Positions 20,592-30,456 of a stretch of DNA of 64,000 bases are shown here, one piece after another. Made by a program: the position numbers and the translations under genes. Source of the stretch: Promethearchaeia archaeon (GTDB lineage Archaea; Asgardarchaeota; Lokiarchaeia; Sigyniarchaeales; SOKP01); contig JAHQWG010000012.1 of the NCBI GenBank assembly GCA_029856045.1, forward strand, positions 32,001 to 96,000. The letters run 5' to 3'. The notes below the pieces were generated by a model. The model saw only the letters and a list, made by a program, of their open reading frames with translations, ran no database searches and was not told the origin of the DNA. Every line of letters begins with the position of its first letter. Position 1 is the stretch's first letter.

Positions 20592-21893
20592 TTAAATTGT
20601 AAAAACATCACCGATTTCCGGAGAAACGGCTGAATAACCTTTTTTATTAAGATCTTTTGCAAAATTAGTGCAAGATTCAGCACTTCCATGCATGCAAAAT
20701 ATATTTTTTTCTGAATCCTCATTAAATTTTAAATCATCAACGAATTTACGTAAATCTGAGGCTCCTGTGTGACTTGAAAAGTCAAAATTCTTTACATCAC
20801 AAACTGCATTAATTCCGTTTGAGTCATTTTTAGACTTAAAAAATAAATTTTCATCAAGTAAAATTCTTCCTGGAGTATTTTCGACTTGATAACCAACTGA
20901 ATAAATAGCGGAATTAGGCTCGTTGACAATTGATCTTGCATAATTTCTAGCTGGACCACCCTGTAACATTCCTGAAGGACTAATTATTATACCAGGTGTA
21001 GTTTTAGCGATCTTTCTGTCTCGTTTTAATCGGGAATTTAAAATAAAAGTGGCATTACTTACAGCTCTTCGAAATTCTCTTGGATCTCTTAAAAATTCAG
21101 CGTAATCAAAATAGATCTCAGAGATTTTTCTTGCCATTCCATCTAAAAAAAGATTGCCACGATATCCATAATGATAAAGAACACTTAGAATCTCTTGAGA
21201 TCTAGCTACACCAAAAGCGGGAACTAGCACACGTCCCTTATCCTCTACAATTATATTTACATTTTCAATAAATTCCTTTTCGATTTCATCTCTTGGTCGA
21301 TGATCTCTTAAAGCATATGTTGATTCTATGATTAGTGTATCTAATTCTGGAAAATCATGAACATCGATACTATTTACAAGTCTAGTTTTTTGCGTGTTAA
21401 TATCCCCCGTGTATAAGATCTTTTTTCCATCAACTTCCACTAAAATAGAACATGAACCAGGTACATGACCTGCATCTTTTAAAGTTATATAAAAATTGTT
21501 TGCAATCCTCTGCCTTGTTCCATATTCAAGAAAATAACTCGAAATTCCCATTTTATTAAGTTCTTGATTTGAGTATTTTATTTTAAATTTAGAAATTTTA
21601 AGTGCATCGCGAATTAATATCTCAATTATCCTATAAGTTAATTCATTTGTAAATAATGGAATCTGACGATTTTTATATAAGCTTGGAAGGCTTCCTGAGT
21701 GGTCAATATGACAATGTGTTAATGCAACTGCTGATATTTTATTCCCATCAATACTTAAAGGTAAAATGTTGTTATTTCCTTGTAATCTTATTCCATAATC
21801 AAGGAGTAAGGAGACTCCTGTTTTCTCAGATTGAATTAGTACGCCAGATGCTCCAATTTCTCTACATCCGCCAAGAAATTTAATTTTAACCAT
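20592..21893 (-). CDS. Beta-CASP metallo-beta-lactamase ribonuclease (aCPSF2-like)
   Basis: LGGCREIG, THCHIDH, AGHVPG, YTGD, ESTY, SGML.GG, FSSH, MHG. Confidence 0.9.
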   Translation of the reverse strand: MVKIKFLGGCREIGASGVLIQSEKTGVSLLLDYGIRLQGNNNILPLSIDGNKISAVALTHCHIDHSGSLPSLYKNRQIPLFTNELTYRIIEILIRDALKISKFKIKYSNQELNKMGISSYFLEYGTRQRIANNFYITLKDAGHVPGSCSILVEVDGKKILYTGDINTQKTRLVNSIDVHDFPELDTLIIESTYALRDHRPRDEIEKEFIENVNIIVEDKGRVLVPAFGVARSQEILSVLYHYGYRGNLFLDGMARKISEIYFDYAEFLRDPREFRRAVSNATFILNSRLKRDRKIAKTTPGIIISPSGMLQGGPARNYARSIVNEPNSAIYSVGYQVENTPGRILLDENLFFKSKNDSNGINAVCDVKNFDFSSHTGASDLRKFVDDLKFNEDSEKNIFCMHGSAESCTNFAKDLNKKGYSAVSPEIGDVFTI

Positions 21894-22062
21894 TATAGTA
21901 ATATTCTCTTCTTATCCCATAATAATGTAATATAAATGAAAAAAATTTTTAGTGTGTAGTTATTAATCAAATAACAAAAATCAAAAAGTTTTATCTTTAT
22001 AAAATAAACAATAAAATAAGAATTTAAATTAAAATAAAAAAAAGCGTTAAATTGATTTTAAA

Positions 22063-22932
22063 ATGAAATATTCGGAAGAAAATGTAGAGATAGGAATAAT
22101 TGGGGGGACTGGTTCCGATTTAATACTAGAAGACGCTGAAGAAGTAAAAGTTTATACTCCATATGGAATGTCATCTGATCTTATTTCAGTTGGCTTTTAT
22201 AAAGGTAGAAAATTAGCATTTATACCAAGACATGGTCGTGGTCATGTAATAACTCCACATAATCTTAACGCTAGAGCAAATATATGGGCATTAGCTAAAG
22301 AATTAGGTGTAAAGCGAATTATATCTCCAAGCGCAGTAGGTTCTTTAGTGAAGGAATATGACAAAGGAGATTTTGTAATAGTTGATCAGTACATAGACCG
22401 AACAAAAAAGAGATTAGATACTTTTTATGAAGGCGGTCAGATCTGCCATATGAGCCAAGCTGAACCATTCTGTCCCGAAATGAATGAAATTTTTTATAAT
22501 GCGGGCAAAGAAATTCCGGGTTTAAATATCACATTGGGGGGTACTTATGTTTGTATCGAAGGGCCGAGATTTTCCACTATTGCAGAATCACGTATGTTTC
22601 GAATTTGGGGTGGTGACGTGATTGGAATGACATGCTACCCAGAAGTGGTTTTGGCCGCAGAAGTCGAAGTCTGCTACAGTACAATTGCAATGGTTACTGA
22701 TTTAGATGTATGGGCAGCTGAATGTGATCGGTGTGGAGTTGTTGAAATCGGTCCAAAATGTCCAAGTTGTGGTGGTCCAATCAAAAAATATTCAGTTAGC
22801 ATCGAGGAAATCTTAGCAACAATGGAAAAAAATGCAATTAATTTAACTAAAATTCTCGATATAGCAATTCCTAAAATATCTAAAGATAGAGCTTGTAGAT
22901 GTAAAGATTCTATGAAAGGTGCAATTATCTAA
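22063..22932 (+). CDS. mtnP: S-methyl-5'-thioadenosine phosphorylase with Zn-ribbon-like insertion
   Basis: GIIGGTG, PRHG.GH, SAVGSL, EGPRFST.AES, GMT..PE, VTDLD. Confidence 0.93.
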   Translation: MKYSEENVEIGIIGGTGSDLILEDAEEVKVYTPYGMSSDLISVGFYKGRKLAFIPRHGRGHVITPHNLNARANIWALAKELGVKRIISPSAVGSLVKEYDKGDFVIVDQYIDRTKKRLDTFYEGGQICHMSQAEPFCPEMNEIFYNAGKEIPGLNITLGGTYVCIEGPRFSTIAESRMFRIWGGDVIGMTCYPEVVLAAEVEVCYSTIAMVTDLDVWAAECDRCGVVEIGPKCPSCGGPIKKYSVSIEEILATMEKNAINLTKILDIAIPKISKDRACRCKDSMKGAII

Positions 22933-22968
22933 AATGTAAAAAATAAAGAAATTTATATTACTTTTTTT

Positions 22969-23523
22969 TTATTCTTCCACTGGGATTTTTACTAAAGCAA
23001 AAACATCGTAGCCAGCTAATTTATCTCTACCATGAAGGCTCCCAGTTAATTCAATAACAAATCCAACACCAGTCACTTCACCACCTGCTTTTTCTACTAA
23101 ATTGCATGCAGCTTTTGCGGTCCCCCCAGTTGCCAGTAAGTCATCAAATATTAAAACTTTATCTCCCTTTTCAATTCCATCAACATGCATCTCTATAGAG
23201 TCAGTTCCATATTCCAGTTTATAAGTTTCAGATATCGTTTTAGAAGGCAATTTTCCCGGCTTTCTCATCATTACAAATCCAGCGCTTAATTTTATAGCAA
23301 GAGCACCACCAAAAATATAACCTCTTGCTTCTATTGCAGCAACTTTTGTAATTCCTTTATTTTTATATTTTTCATATAAAAAATTAACTGAGTCTTTTAG
23401 ACCATCTACATCCTTTACTAAGGTTGAAATATCTTTAAATTGAATTCCTTCTTTAGGAAAATTCGGAACATTACGAATCTTTTTTAGTATTTTATCTTCT
23501 AACTCTTTTTCTGAAAAACTCAT
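22969..23523 (-). CDS. apt: Adenine phosphoribosyltransferase
   Basis: FPKEGI.FKD, EARG, RKPGKLP, Y.LEYG, DDLLATGGT. Confidence 0.95.
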   Translation of the reverse strand: MSFSEKELEDKILKKIRNVPNFPKEGIQFKDISTLVKDVDGLKDSVNFLYEKYKNKGITKVAAIEARGYIFGGALAIKLSAGFVMMRKPGKLPSKTISETYKLEYGTDSIEMHVDGIEKGDKVLIFDDLLATGGTAKAACNLVEKAGGEVTGVGFVIELTGSLHGRDKLAGYDVFALVKIPVEE

Positions 23524-23715
23524 TAAATTACCTTTAATTGATTTAAATTATTTTAATTTATATTCAAGCTAATAAAAAACTTAAATTTATAGAATTACAA
23601 AAATATTATATAATCAATATTTTAATCAAATTATCATTATTATATAAAATTATTACAAAAAAATTACAAATCCTAAAAATCATCGAATGAATAGAAAAAC
23701 TGAGTGAGGAAATTA

Positions 23716-24672
23716 ATGAAAACAATTATATTCGGTCCTGCAAACGCAGGAAAGACAAGTTTGATGAGAACGACGTGCTTGGGTTATAATTTCATGAAAG
23801 TTATAAATCTCAAACCAACACGTGGTATAAGTCGCGAAAATTTTATATTTCGAGGGTTATTGGAAATTTCCGTATGGGATTTTGGAGGACAAAAAAAATA
23901 TCTAGAGCGTTATTTTTCAGAAAAACAGAGACCTGTTATTTTTGGTGATGTGGACGTTGCGATTTTTATGGTAGACGCAACCCGAAATGAACAGTTTGTA
24001 AGAGATACATTTGATAAATTTCTTGAAGCATTAATACAAAATACACCAAAAATAGATAAGATTTATGTTCTTCTAAACAAAATTGATTTAGAGGAATCTA
24101 TGGAGGATGCTGTTTTTGAACTATTGACTAAAAATCTCGACTCAGATTATAGACAAAGATGCGCTTTCACACCAGTTTCTGTAAAAGAGGGGAGTGCACA
24201 GCACAGATTGATCGAGATATTAGATTTCGAAATTCAAATATCTACTTTATCAATTCAAAGATTAACAGGTATAAGAGCAATTTTAGATAATTTAAAATCA
24301 AATACGAAGGCAAATTATTTAGTTTTTAATAGACCAGATGGATTATTAATATCATCTACATTTGGAAAATTTAGTTTAGAACCATTAGAATATATTAAAT
24401 TTGAGATAGGAACATTAGATTCTAATTTATACCAGATATACCAAAAAGTTTACCGGATTGAGAATAGAATGTCCATATCTCCATTAGAATTATCATTAAT
24501 TATCTATGAATCTGAAGAAAATTATGTTTTAATAAAAGAGATCTCTGATAAAGCAGTTTTGATGATAATAACAAATAATAAGGAGAATAATGAATTGAAT
24601 TCGATTTTTGATTTATTTAAAAGTTCCAAGTTTAAAGAATTGGAAAATGCCTTAAGCATTTCCTCTATTTAA
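23716..24672 (+). CDS. Rag/Gtr1-like small GTPase fused to C-terminal roadblock-like domain
   Basis: G1 GPANAGKTS, G2 KPT, G3 WDFGGQ, G4 NKID; C-terminal VFNRPDGLLISS roadblock pattern. Confidence 0.85.
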   Translation: MKTIIFGPANAGKTSLMRTTCLGYNFMKVINLKPTRGISRENFIFRGLLEISVWDFGGQKKYLERYFSEKQRPVIFGDVDVAIFMVDATRNEQFVRDTFDKFLEALIQNTPKIDKIYVLLNKIDLEESMEDAVFELLTKNLDSDYRQRCAFTPVSVKEGSAQHRLIEILDFEIQISTLSIQRLTGIRAILDNLKSNTKANYLVFNRPDGLLISSTFGKFSLEPLEYIKFEIGTLDSNLYQIYQKVYRIENRMSISPLELSLIIYESEENYVLIKEISDKAVLMIITNNKENNELNSIFDLFKSSKFKELENALSISSI

Positions 24673-24717
24673 ACATCAATATATCATCAATTAATTCATT
24701 ATTTTTTTATTTTTAAA

Positions 24718-25599
24718 TTAACTCTTCGATTTTTCAACCGAAAAAATGGATGATGCCATATAAAGGGCTCCATTTAATTCATTCTTTGGTGCTATTCTAG
24801 ATGTGTCAATTAAAATATATTTTATATCTAAATAAACAGCTCCATATGATTTTCCATTACCCAAATGGATTAATGTTCTATAAATTAAGTTTCCACTAAT
24901 TCCATTTGGTGCCAAAATTAAATTTGCTCCATTTTTGATACTATTTTCAATTAAAATCTGGTCGTGAAAAATTTCAATGTTTGGTTTCTGATTACGGAAA
25001 TATTTAACTAAATTTTCAGCATCATCTATTGTTTCATCAACACTCTTATCGCGACCAACATCAGTAAGCCTTCCACCGCTCAAGATTGAAATCTTTGGTT
25101 TAATCTTTAATTTTTCAAATAATTCTAAGGATTTCTCGATGAATTTCTTTTTTTCGTTGAAATTTTTACACTCATCAATACCAACAGGTCCAAAAAAAAA
25201 CTGCACTCCCTTTACGGTTTCGAGAAGTGCAAGCCTATAAATGTTTTTAATTTTTAATGAATCTTTGAGTAATTTCAAGAACTCAGAAGATTTAAAACTC
25301 CCTCTTACTATTGCATTTATCTTATTGTTAATTAAATATGTTATCATTTCTTTTTCTGGTTCAATACTACTAATTAATTTAATTTTTGATTGACGTGGGC
25401 TATTATTTAGCTGATATGATTTAATTTCATGTATGGCTTTTTTTTCTCCAAATAAATAAATCCAAACTTGATTTTTAATAGAAAAATCTAATGCAGTTGT
25501 AAAAATCTTAATGTTTTGATTTTTCTTTTCTCCCACACCTATTCCTATTATCAAGTCGTCAAATGAAATTTTTTGTTTTAAAATTTCAATTATTCTCAT
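24718..25599 (-). CDS. mtxX: Methanogenesis marker 4 / MtxX family protein
   Basis: AIVRGS, RLALLE, PVGIDE, SGGRL.DVGR, APNGISGNLIYRTL.HLG, DTSR. Confidence 0.85.
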   Translation of the reverse strand: MRIIEILKQKISFDDLIIGIGVGEKKNQNIKIFTTALDFSIKNQVWIYLFGEKKAIHEIKSYQLNNSPRQSKIKLISSIEPEKEMITYLINNKINAIVRGSFKSSEFLKLLKDSLKIKNIYRLALLETVKGVQFFFGPVGIDECKNFNEKKKFIEKSLELFEKLKIKPKISILSGGRLTDVGRDKSVDETIDDAENLVKYFRNQKPNIEIFHDQILIENSIKNGANLILAPNGISGNLIYRTLIHLGNGKSYGAVYLDIKYILIDTSRIAPKNELNGALYMASSIFSVEKSKS

Positions 25600-25640
25600 T
25601 CTTCAATAATGGTTTGTGATATGATGTTATATATTAATAT

Positions 25641-26717
25641 TTAAAAAAATAAAAAAGCAATTGATATAGTTACAGCGTTATAGACGCCATGCCCAACAAT
25701 ACATGCTGTTAAATTTTCCTTTCTCCAGATATATAATGCACCTAACATTAGGGAAATAATAAAATAAGGTGGGAAAAGCAAAAGAAACAATTCAGTTGGC
25801 ATAAGTATTGGAATTACATGGAAAAAAGTAAATAAAATAGCTGTAAAAATTAAAGCCCATTTTTGTCCAATATGTCTATCCCATCCTTTTTGAGTAAACC
25901 CTCGGAAAATTATTTCCTCCGATGGACCTACAATTAAAATCATCATTACTATCATTAAAATCAATTCTAATATGTTTGATGCTAGCATATCTGTAGTAAA
26001 ACCAGTTTCTTCTGCACTACCATATGCTCTTTCAAGAAATTCTGGACCAAATATTGACCCAAAAGTTAAGTCTGTTAAAAATGATACGAGATTAACTATG
26101 AAATATGCACTAACGGCAAATAATAGACCAATTAAAACTTCTTTTAAAATATAATTATCCTTATTTTCATTATTAAAAATACCTAGGAGTTTAATTCGAT
26201 TATTAAATGTAGGATGTTGAATATATCTACCAACATACCATATTGGAATAAAGAAAAAAATCAGTTCTGCAATTGTTGTTAGAGAAATAAATAAAGGACT
26301 AGTTAAAAATTCAAGAACCTCATAAGGATTTTCCATTGTAAAAATCAATGGAATAATAATAATTAACGATATAACTAGAATTAACACTTCAATTAGAATA
26401 AAAGAGAGAATAGGCAAGCCTAATGAACTAAAAATTCCCCATAATTTTTTCTTCTTGGTCTTGATTAACTCATCATCATTTAATTTTATTCTTTCATCGA
26501 TACGGGTTAATGGGATTGTAGATGGTAATGATTTATAATGCTTGAAGTACTGAATATCAAAACCACATTGCATACAGAACCTAATATTTTCAACTGAAGG
26601 CAACCTGTTACCACAACGGGGACAAAATTCCCATAAAGTATCTGTTGGTTTTTTGGGTAATTCCAATTCGATTTCGTCCTCTTTAAAATTCTTTTCATTC
26701 ATATTCTTCAAATCCAA
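25641..26717 (-). CDS. CPBP (CAAX/Abi) intramembrane metalloprotease with N-terminal zinc ribbon
   Basis: CPRCG...CMQCG; EEIIFRG, F...H, HGVYN. Confidence 0.9.
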   Translation of the reverse strand: MDLKNMNEKNFKEDEIELELPKKPTDTLWEFCPRCGNRLPSVENIRFCMQCGFDIQYFKHYKSLPSTIPLTRIDERIKLNDDELIKTKKKKLWGIFSSLGLPILSFILIEVLILVISLIIIIPLIFTMENPYEVLEFLTSPLFISLTTIAELIFFFIPIWYVGRYIQHPTFNNRIKLLGIFNNENKDNYILKEVLIGLLFAVSAYFIVNLVSFLTDLTFGSIFGPEFLERAYGSAEETGFTTDMLASNILELILMIVMMILIVGPSEEIIFRGFTQKGWDRHIGQKWALIFTAILFTFFHVIPILMPTELFLLLFPPYFIISLMLGALYIWRKENLTACIVGHGVYNAVTISIAFLFF

Positions 26718-26786
26718 ACTATTATTAATATATCAATTTTTTTATTTTTAGTTTTGTAAAATATCAATATTATTCAAAAACAATTT

Positions 26787-28553
26787 TTATTGAGTAAAAT
26801 AACAAAACAATTCATTTTCTTTCAGTTTTATGGGGTTCACAAAACCATATCTTTCGAATTGAATGGTTTTATTCATGGGAATATCTAATAAATTCAATTC
26901 TCCATAACCTACTTCCATTAAACCATCAATTTTTAAAATTTTAACTCTAATATTTTCTTCTTGAAGAACCCAATGAATGATTTTAAAAGTTCGATTTAAT
27001 TCTTTGCTAGCAAATTCAGCATTAATACGATTAGTTGGCTTTAAAATTTCAGTTATTTTAATATTAAATAAGTTTTTTAAACGTATTTGATTGTTCTGAG
27101 TTAATTTCCCAGCATCACTTTTAGAGATATATACCTTCAATTTATCATCTATTATTCTACTCCTTATCAATCTTTTACCTTTTTTTGGATTAGTTGGTAA
27201 TAAAAGTGGTTCTGCCTTAATCTCCTCAAACGGAATACCCTTTATTATCAAAGATACGGGATTATTAACAAAAAAGTATCTATTCGAGATAGAATCAATC
27301 AATTCAGAATTTTTGGCATATAACCATTGATCAGAGAATGTAATTCCTGAAAGAGATAATCCTAAATTAAATAATGTTTGCCTTAAAGCTTCAGTTTTAA
27401 TACCCCGCTTTTTAAGAGATTGCAAACTCCAAGTTCTTGGATCATTCCATCCAATATAAGTTCCTTGTAAAATCGCATTTCTTGACAGTGTTTTACTGAG
27501 TTTTTTTTCAGGAAAATTTAATCTACCATAGTGTAGAAATTCACAGTATTCCCAATTAAATATATCCCAGATGAATTTCTCGATAATATCTTCTTTAACA
27601 AGATCAGATCCCCTTAAAATATGGGTAACTCCAATTAAATAATCATCAATTCCCCAAGAAAATTCAAGCATGGGCCAGACTCGATATTTAGTACCAACTC
27701 GTGGATGTTCTGCATCAGATATTCTCATAATAATTTGATCTCTTAAAGCAGGATCTTTCTGATCCATACCAGTTTTCAATCGAACAACAGCTGCCATCTC
27801 TTGATAATCACCATTTAACATTTTTTCCCAGCCTTCTAAATTTTTCTCGGGAGTATTATTACGATGAGGACATTCCTTTCCAGTTTTTTTATAGTTCTCC
27901 CTAAAATCATTACCTTCACATAAACAAACATATGCATTATTTTCAGTGAGAAGTTGTTTGCAATATTTATAGTATATTTCCAATCTATCACTCTTATAAT
28001 ATTCCTTATTATATTTTACTCCTAACCATTCCAATCCTTCCTTAATTAAGTCATACGCCTCAGGAAGAATATATTTAGCTTTTGGATCATTTCTCTTGGC
28101 TTTAGAACTACCGATTGTATCATCGTAAAACAAAATTAATTCTCCATTGTATCTTTTTACATATTCATTATTCAAAATAATCATTCGAGCATTTCCGATG
28201 TGTAAAGCTCCACTTGGATATGGTGCAAGTCGCATTACAACTTTTTTATAATTCTCTACATTTGGCAGATCTGGTAATGTTTTAAATTCTTCTACTTTTT
28301 CTTTCATTTTCTCTAAAGCAGATGGTTCTAAAGAGAACAATTTTTCTTTTTGCACATTTAATGATAAATTATTGATTTCCTCAATTATTGAATCTATTAA
28401 TGGCATTATATCTTTTAATTTTGAACGAATTTCACTATTTAAAGCTATTAACTTTCCAATAATTGCTTTTCTTTGGGCGATGCCTTCAAATTTTATAGCA
28501 TTTTTAAGCCCTACAATCCAAATAGATTTTTCTATATCTTCGCGGTTTAACAT
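26787..28553 (-). CDS. gltX: Glutamate--tRNA ligase (archaeal)
   Basis: RLAPYPSG.LHIGN, THILRG.D, KLSK, GWNDPR, QFERYGF. Confidence 0.96.
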   Translation of the reverse strand: MLNREDIEKSIWIVGLKNAIKFEGIAQRKAIIGKLIALNSEIRSKLKDIMPLIDSIIEEINNLSLNVQKEKLFSLEPSALEKMKEKVEEFKTLPDLPNVENYKKVVMRLAPYPSGALHIGNARMIILNNEYVKRYNGELILFYDDTIGSSKAKRNDPKAKYILPEAYDLIKEGLEWLGVKYNKEYYKSDRLEIYYKYCKQLLTENNAYVCLCEGNDFRENYKKTGKECPHRNNTPEKNLEGWEKMLNGDYQEMAAVVRLKTGMDQKDPALRDQIIMRISDAEHPRVGTKYRVWPMLEFSWGIDDYLIGVTHILRGSDLVKEDIIEKFIWDIFNWEYCEFLHYGRLNFPEKKLSKTLSRNAILQGTYIGWNDPRTWSLQSLKKRGIKTEALRQTLFNLGLSLSGITFSDQWLYAKNSELIDSISNRYFFVNNPVSLIIKGIPFEEIKAEPLLLPTNPKKGKRLIRSRIIDDKLKVYISKSDAGKLTQNNQIRLKNLFNIKITEILKPTNRINAEFASKELNRTFKIIHWVLQEENIRVKILKIDGLMEVGYGELNLLDIPMNKTIQFERYGFVNPIKLKENELFCYFTQ

Positions 28554-28654
28554 ATTTATCTAAATTACTTCTAATTAATAATATTATTAGCTAAATTTTA
28601 TAATTTAACTAACTATAATAAATAGTAATAAACGCAAAAAAATTATTTCCTAAC

Positions 28655-29254
28655 ATGCCAAAATATTACAAAGGATACATTCTTATCAGATTACGGGAGA
28701 TAGGCTCAGAATGGAAAGTAGTAGAGAAAGTTAGAAATTTAAAATCAAGAGAAGATGATGAAGATGAAGATTGGTATGCTTTTTATTGTACTCCCATATA
28801 TGGATCGTGGGATATTTTATTGGAAATATGTCTTTCGAAGCATGAAGAATTAGATAAGTTGAAAACTTTTCTTAAAATCGACGAGGAATTATCTAAGATG
28901 ATTGAAGAATCCATAACATTAATTTCTATGAAGAATAATTTTGATGCTTCAAAAATAAAATCTCAAAATCTTTATTATCGTGCTTATGTTCTTATTAGAT
29001 TAAAAAAAATTGGGTTGGAAGAAGAAATTGTAAATAAAATAAAAGATTTAAGATCTACCGAGTATGGAGAAGATTGGTTAATAACATATGCTTCTCCGGT
29101 TTATGGAGGCTGGGATTTATTAGTTTCTATATCATTTTCTAAACTTTATGAATTAGATAAAATAATTACTAATTTACGTAGTGAAAAGGAGTTATCAACA
29201 ATTATCGAAGAAACTACCACGCTAATTGGAGCAAAGCAGAATTTTATGGGGTAA
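28655..29254 (+). CDS. Tandem Lrp/AsnC ligand-binding (RAM)-like domain protein without HTH
   Basis: Two internal repeats YY..Y(I/V)LIRL...P(I/V)YG.WD(I/L)L...IEE..TLI. Confidence 0.7.
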   Translation: MPKYYKGYILIRLREIGSEWKVVEKVRNLKSREDDEDEDWYAFYCTPIYGSWDILLEICLSKHEELDKLKTFLKIDEELSKMIEESITLISMKNNFDASKIKSQNLYYRAYVLIRLKKIGLEEEIVNKIKDLRSTEYGEDWLITYASPVYGGWDLLVSISFSKLYELDKIITNLRSEKELSTIIEETTTLIGAKQNFMG

Positions 29255-29280
29255 TACAAAAGAAAATAAAAAATAGAAAT

Positions 29281-30282
29281 TTAAGATAAACCATAAGATA
29301 ATTTAAGAAGGTCGTTATTTATAGCTCCAGCTGATATTGTCTTCCCGGTTTTTAAATTATTTACAGTATATAATGCTGGAGCGAAAAGTCCTGGGTCAAT
29401 ATCATAGAATTTATAGTCGACTTCTTTAAAGGTTTCAATGAAAGGTTTTCCATAGCTGGAAGATGTGTTTGATGGTGCTTTTTTAACAAGTTCCCACAAT
29501 TCTTCTTGTTTTTCTTTGTCAGTTTCAATTGTATAATATACACTTCCAGTTGCAATTAATGAGTCGTTAGTAACTCCCATCGCTTTTAAATCATCTTTTG
29601 CAATTGGGGCAATTGTGGTCGTTCCAAAACCATATTTAATCACATCTAACGGAAAATGTAACTCATGCAGTTTATGAATACCCGTTTCTACAATTCTTGA
29701 TGCTACTTGAATTGAGCCACATAAACATGCTGTGGGTGCGCAACATGCATAAGTATTACTAGGGCTTACTCCGCATTTTTTAGCCACTAATTCCATTACT
29801 TCCTCATTGGGTAATATTGCTGTTTCAAATACTAAAATTGCACAATCGGCATCATCTTTATACCCCAATTCTTCATATAAATCCTTTTCAACTAGCGACA
29901 GCGCTCTAGCAGGTCCAGAACCTAAAGATTCAAAAATTTTTTTCTTTTTGATTTCTCCATCAATTTCCACTTCTCTTTTTAGTTTTACATTCCACCCTGC
30001 GAATTGAGATGCCATACAAGCAATTATTGGCTCAGAAGTATTAACAGTAATAGCGGGAATATAATGTTTATCCAGCATATAATTTGTAAATTTTACAATT
30101 CCAAGACCTCCTAGACAAATTTCAGATAAAAATTTTCCAGCTCCATAAGATCCTTTACTAAAATCTAATACTGTGGCGCGATTTGACAGAGTATTAACTG
30201 AAACGTTTAATATTTCCTTATTTGCGATAACCCTCTTTACAATCTCTAAAGCTAATTTATTTACACTTAAAGGTGCTTCCAA
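29281..30282 (-). CDS. mch: Methenyltetrahydromethanopterin cyclohydrolase
   Basis: EICLGGLG, CMASQFAGW, GSGPARAL, GSIQVASRIVETG, MG.TND, FYDIDPGLFAP. Confidence 0.95.
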   Translation of the reverse strand: MEAPLSVNKLALEIVKRVIANKEILNVSVNTLSNRATVLDFSKGSYGAGKFLSEICLGGLGIVKFTNYMLDKHYIPAITVNTSEPIIACMASQFAGWNVKLKREVEIDGEIKKKKIFESLGSGPARALSLVEKDLYEELGYKDDADCAILVFETAILPNEEVMELVAKKCGVSPSNTYACCAPTACLCGSIQVASRIVETGIHKLHELHFPLDVIKYGFGTTTIAPIAKDDLKAMGVTNDSLIATGSVYYTIETDKEKQEELWELVKKAPSNTSSSYGKPFIETFKEVDYKFYDIDPGLFAPALYTVNNLKTGKTISAGAINNDLLKLSYGLS

Positions 30283-30456
30283 ATAATTTCACCATTAGAA
30301 TATTTTCTTGATTTTTTAAGTATTTATTAATTTACTCTGAAAATAAATAATTATTTATTTATAAATAAATACAAAATTAAAAAATAATTATATACTTAAA
30401 GTTATCAATTAAATTAACAAAATTTTGTATTCAAGTCTAATTTATGGTGTATCCAC

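Noticed and set aside
18368-26717. ICMT-like and CAAX-protease-like genes near a small GTPase as a prenylation system
   Set aside because: Both families are widespread in prokaryotes, the genes are not adjacent, the GTPase lacks a CaaX end and no prenyltransferase is present
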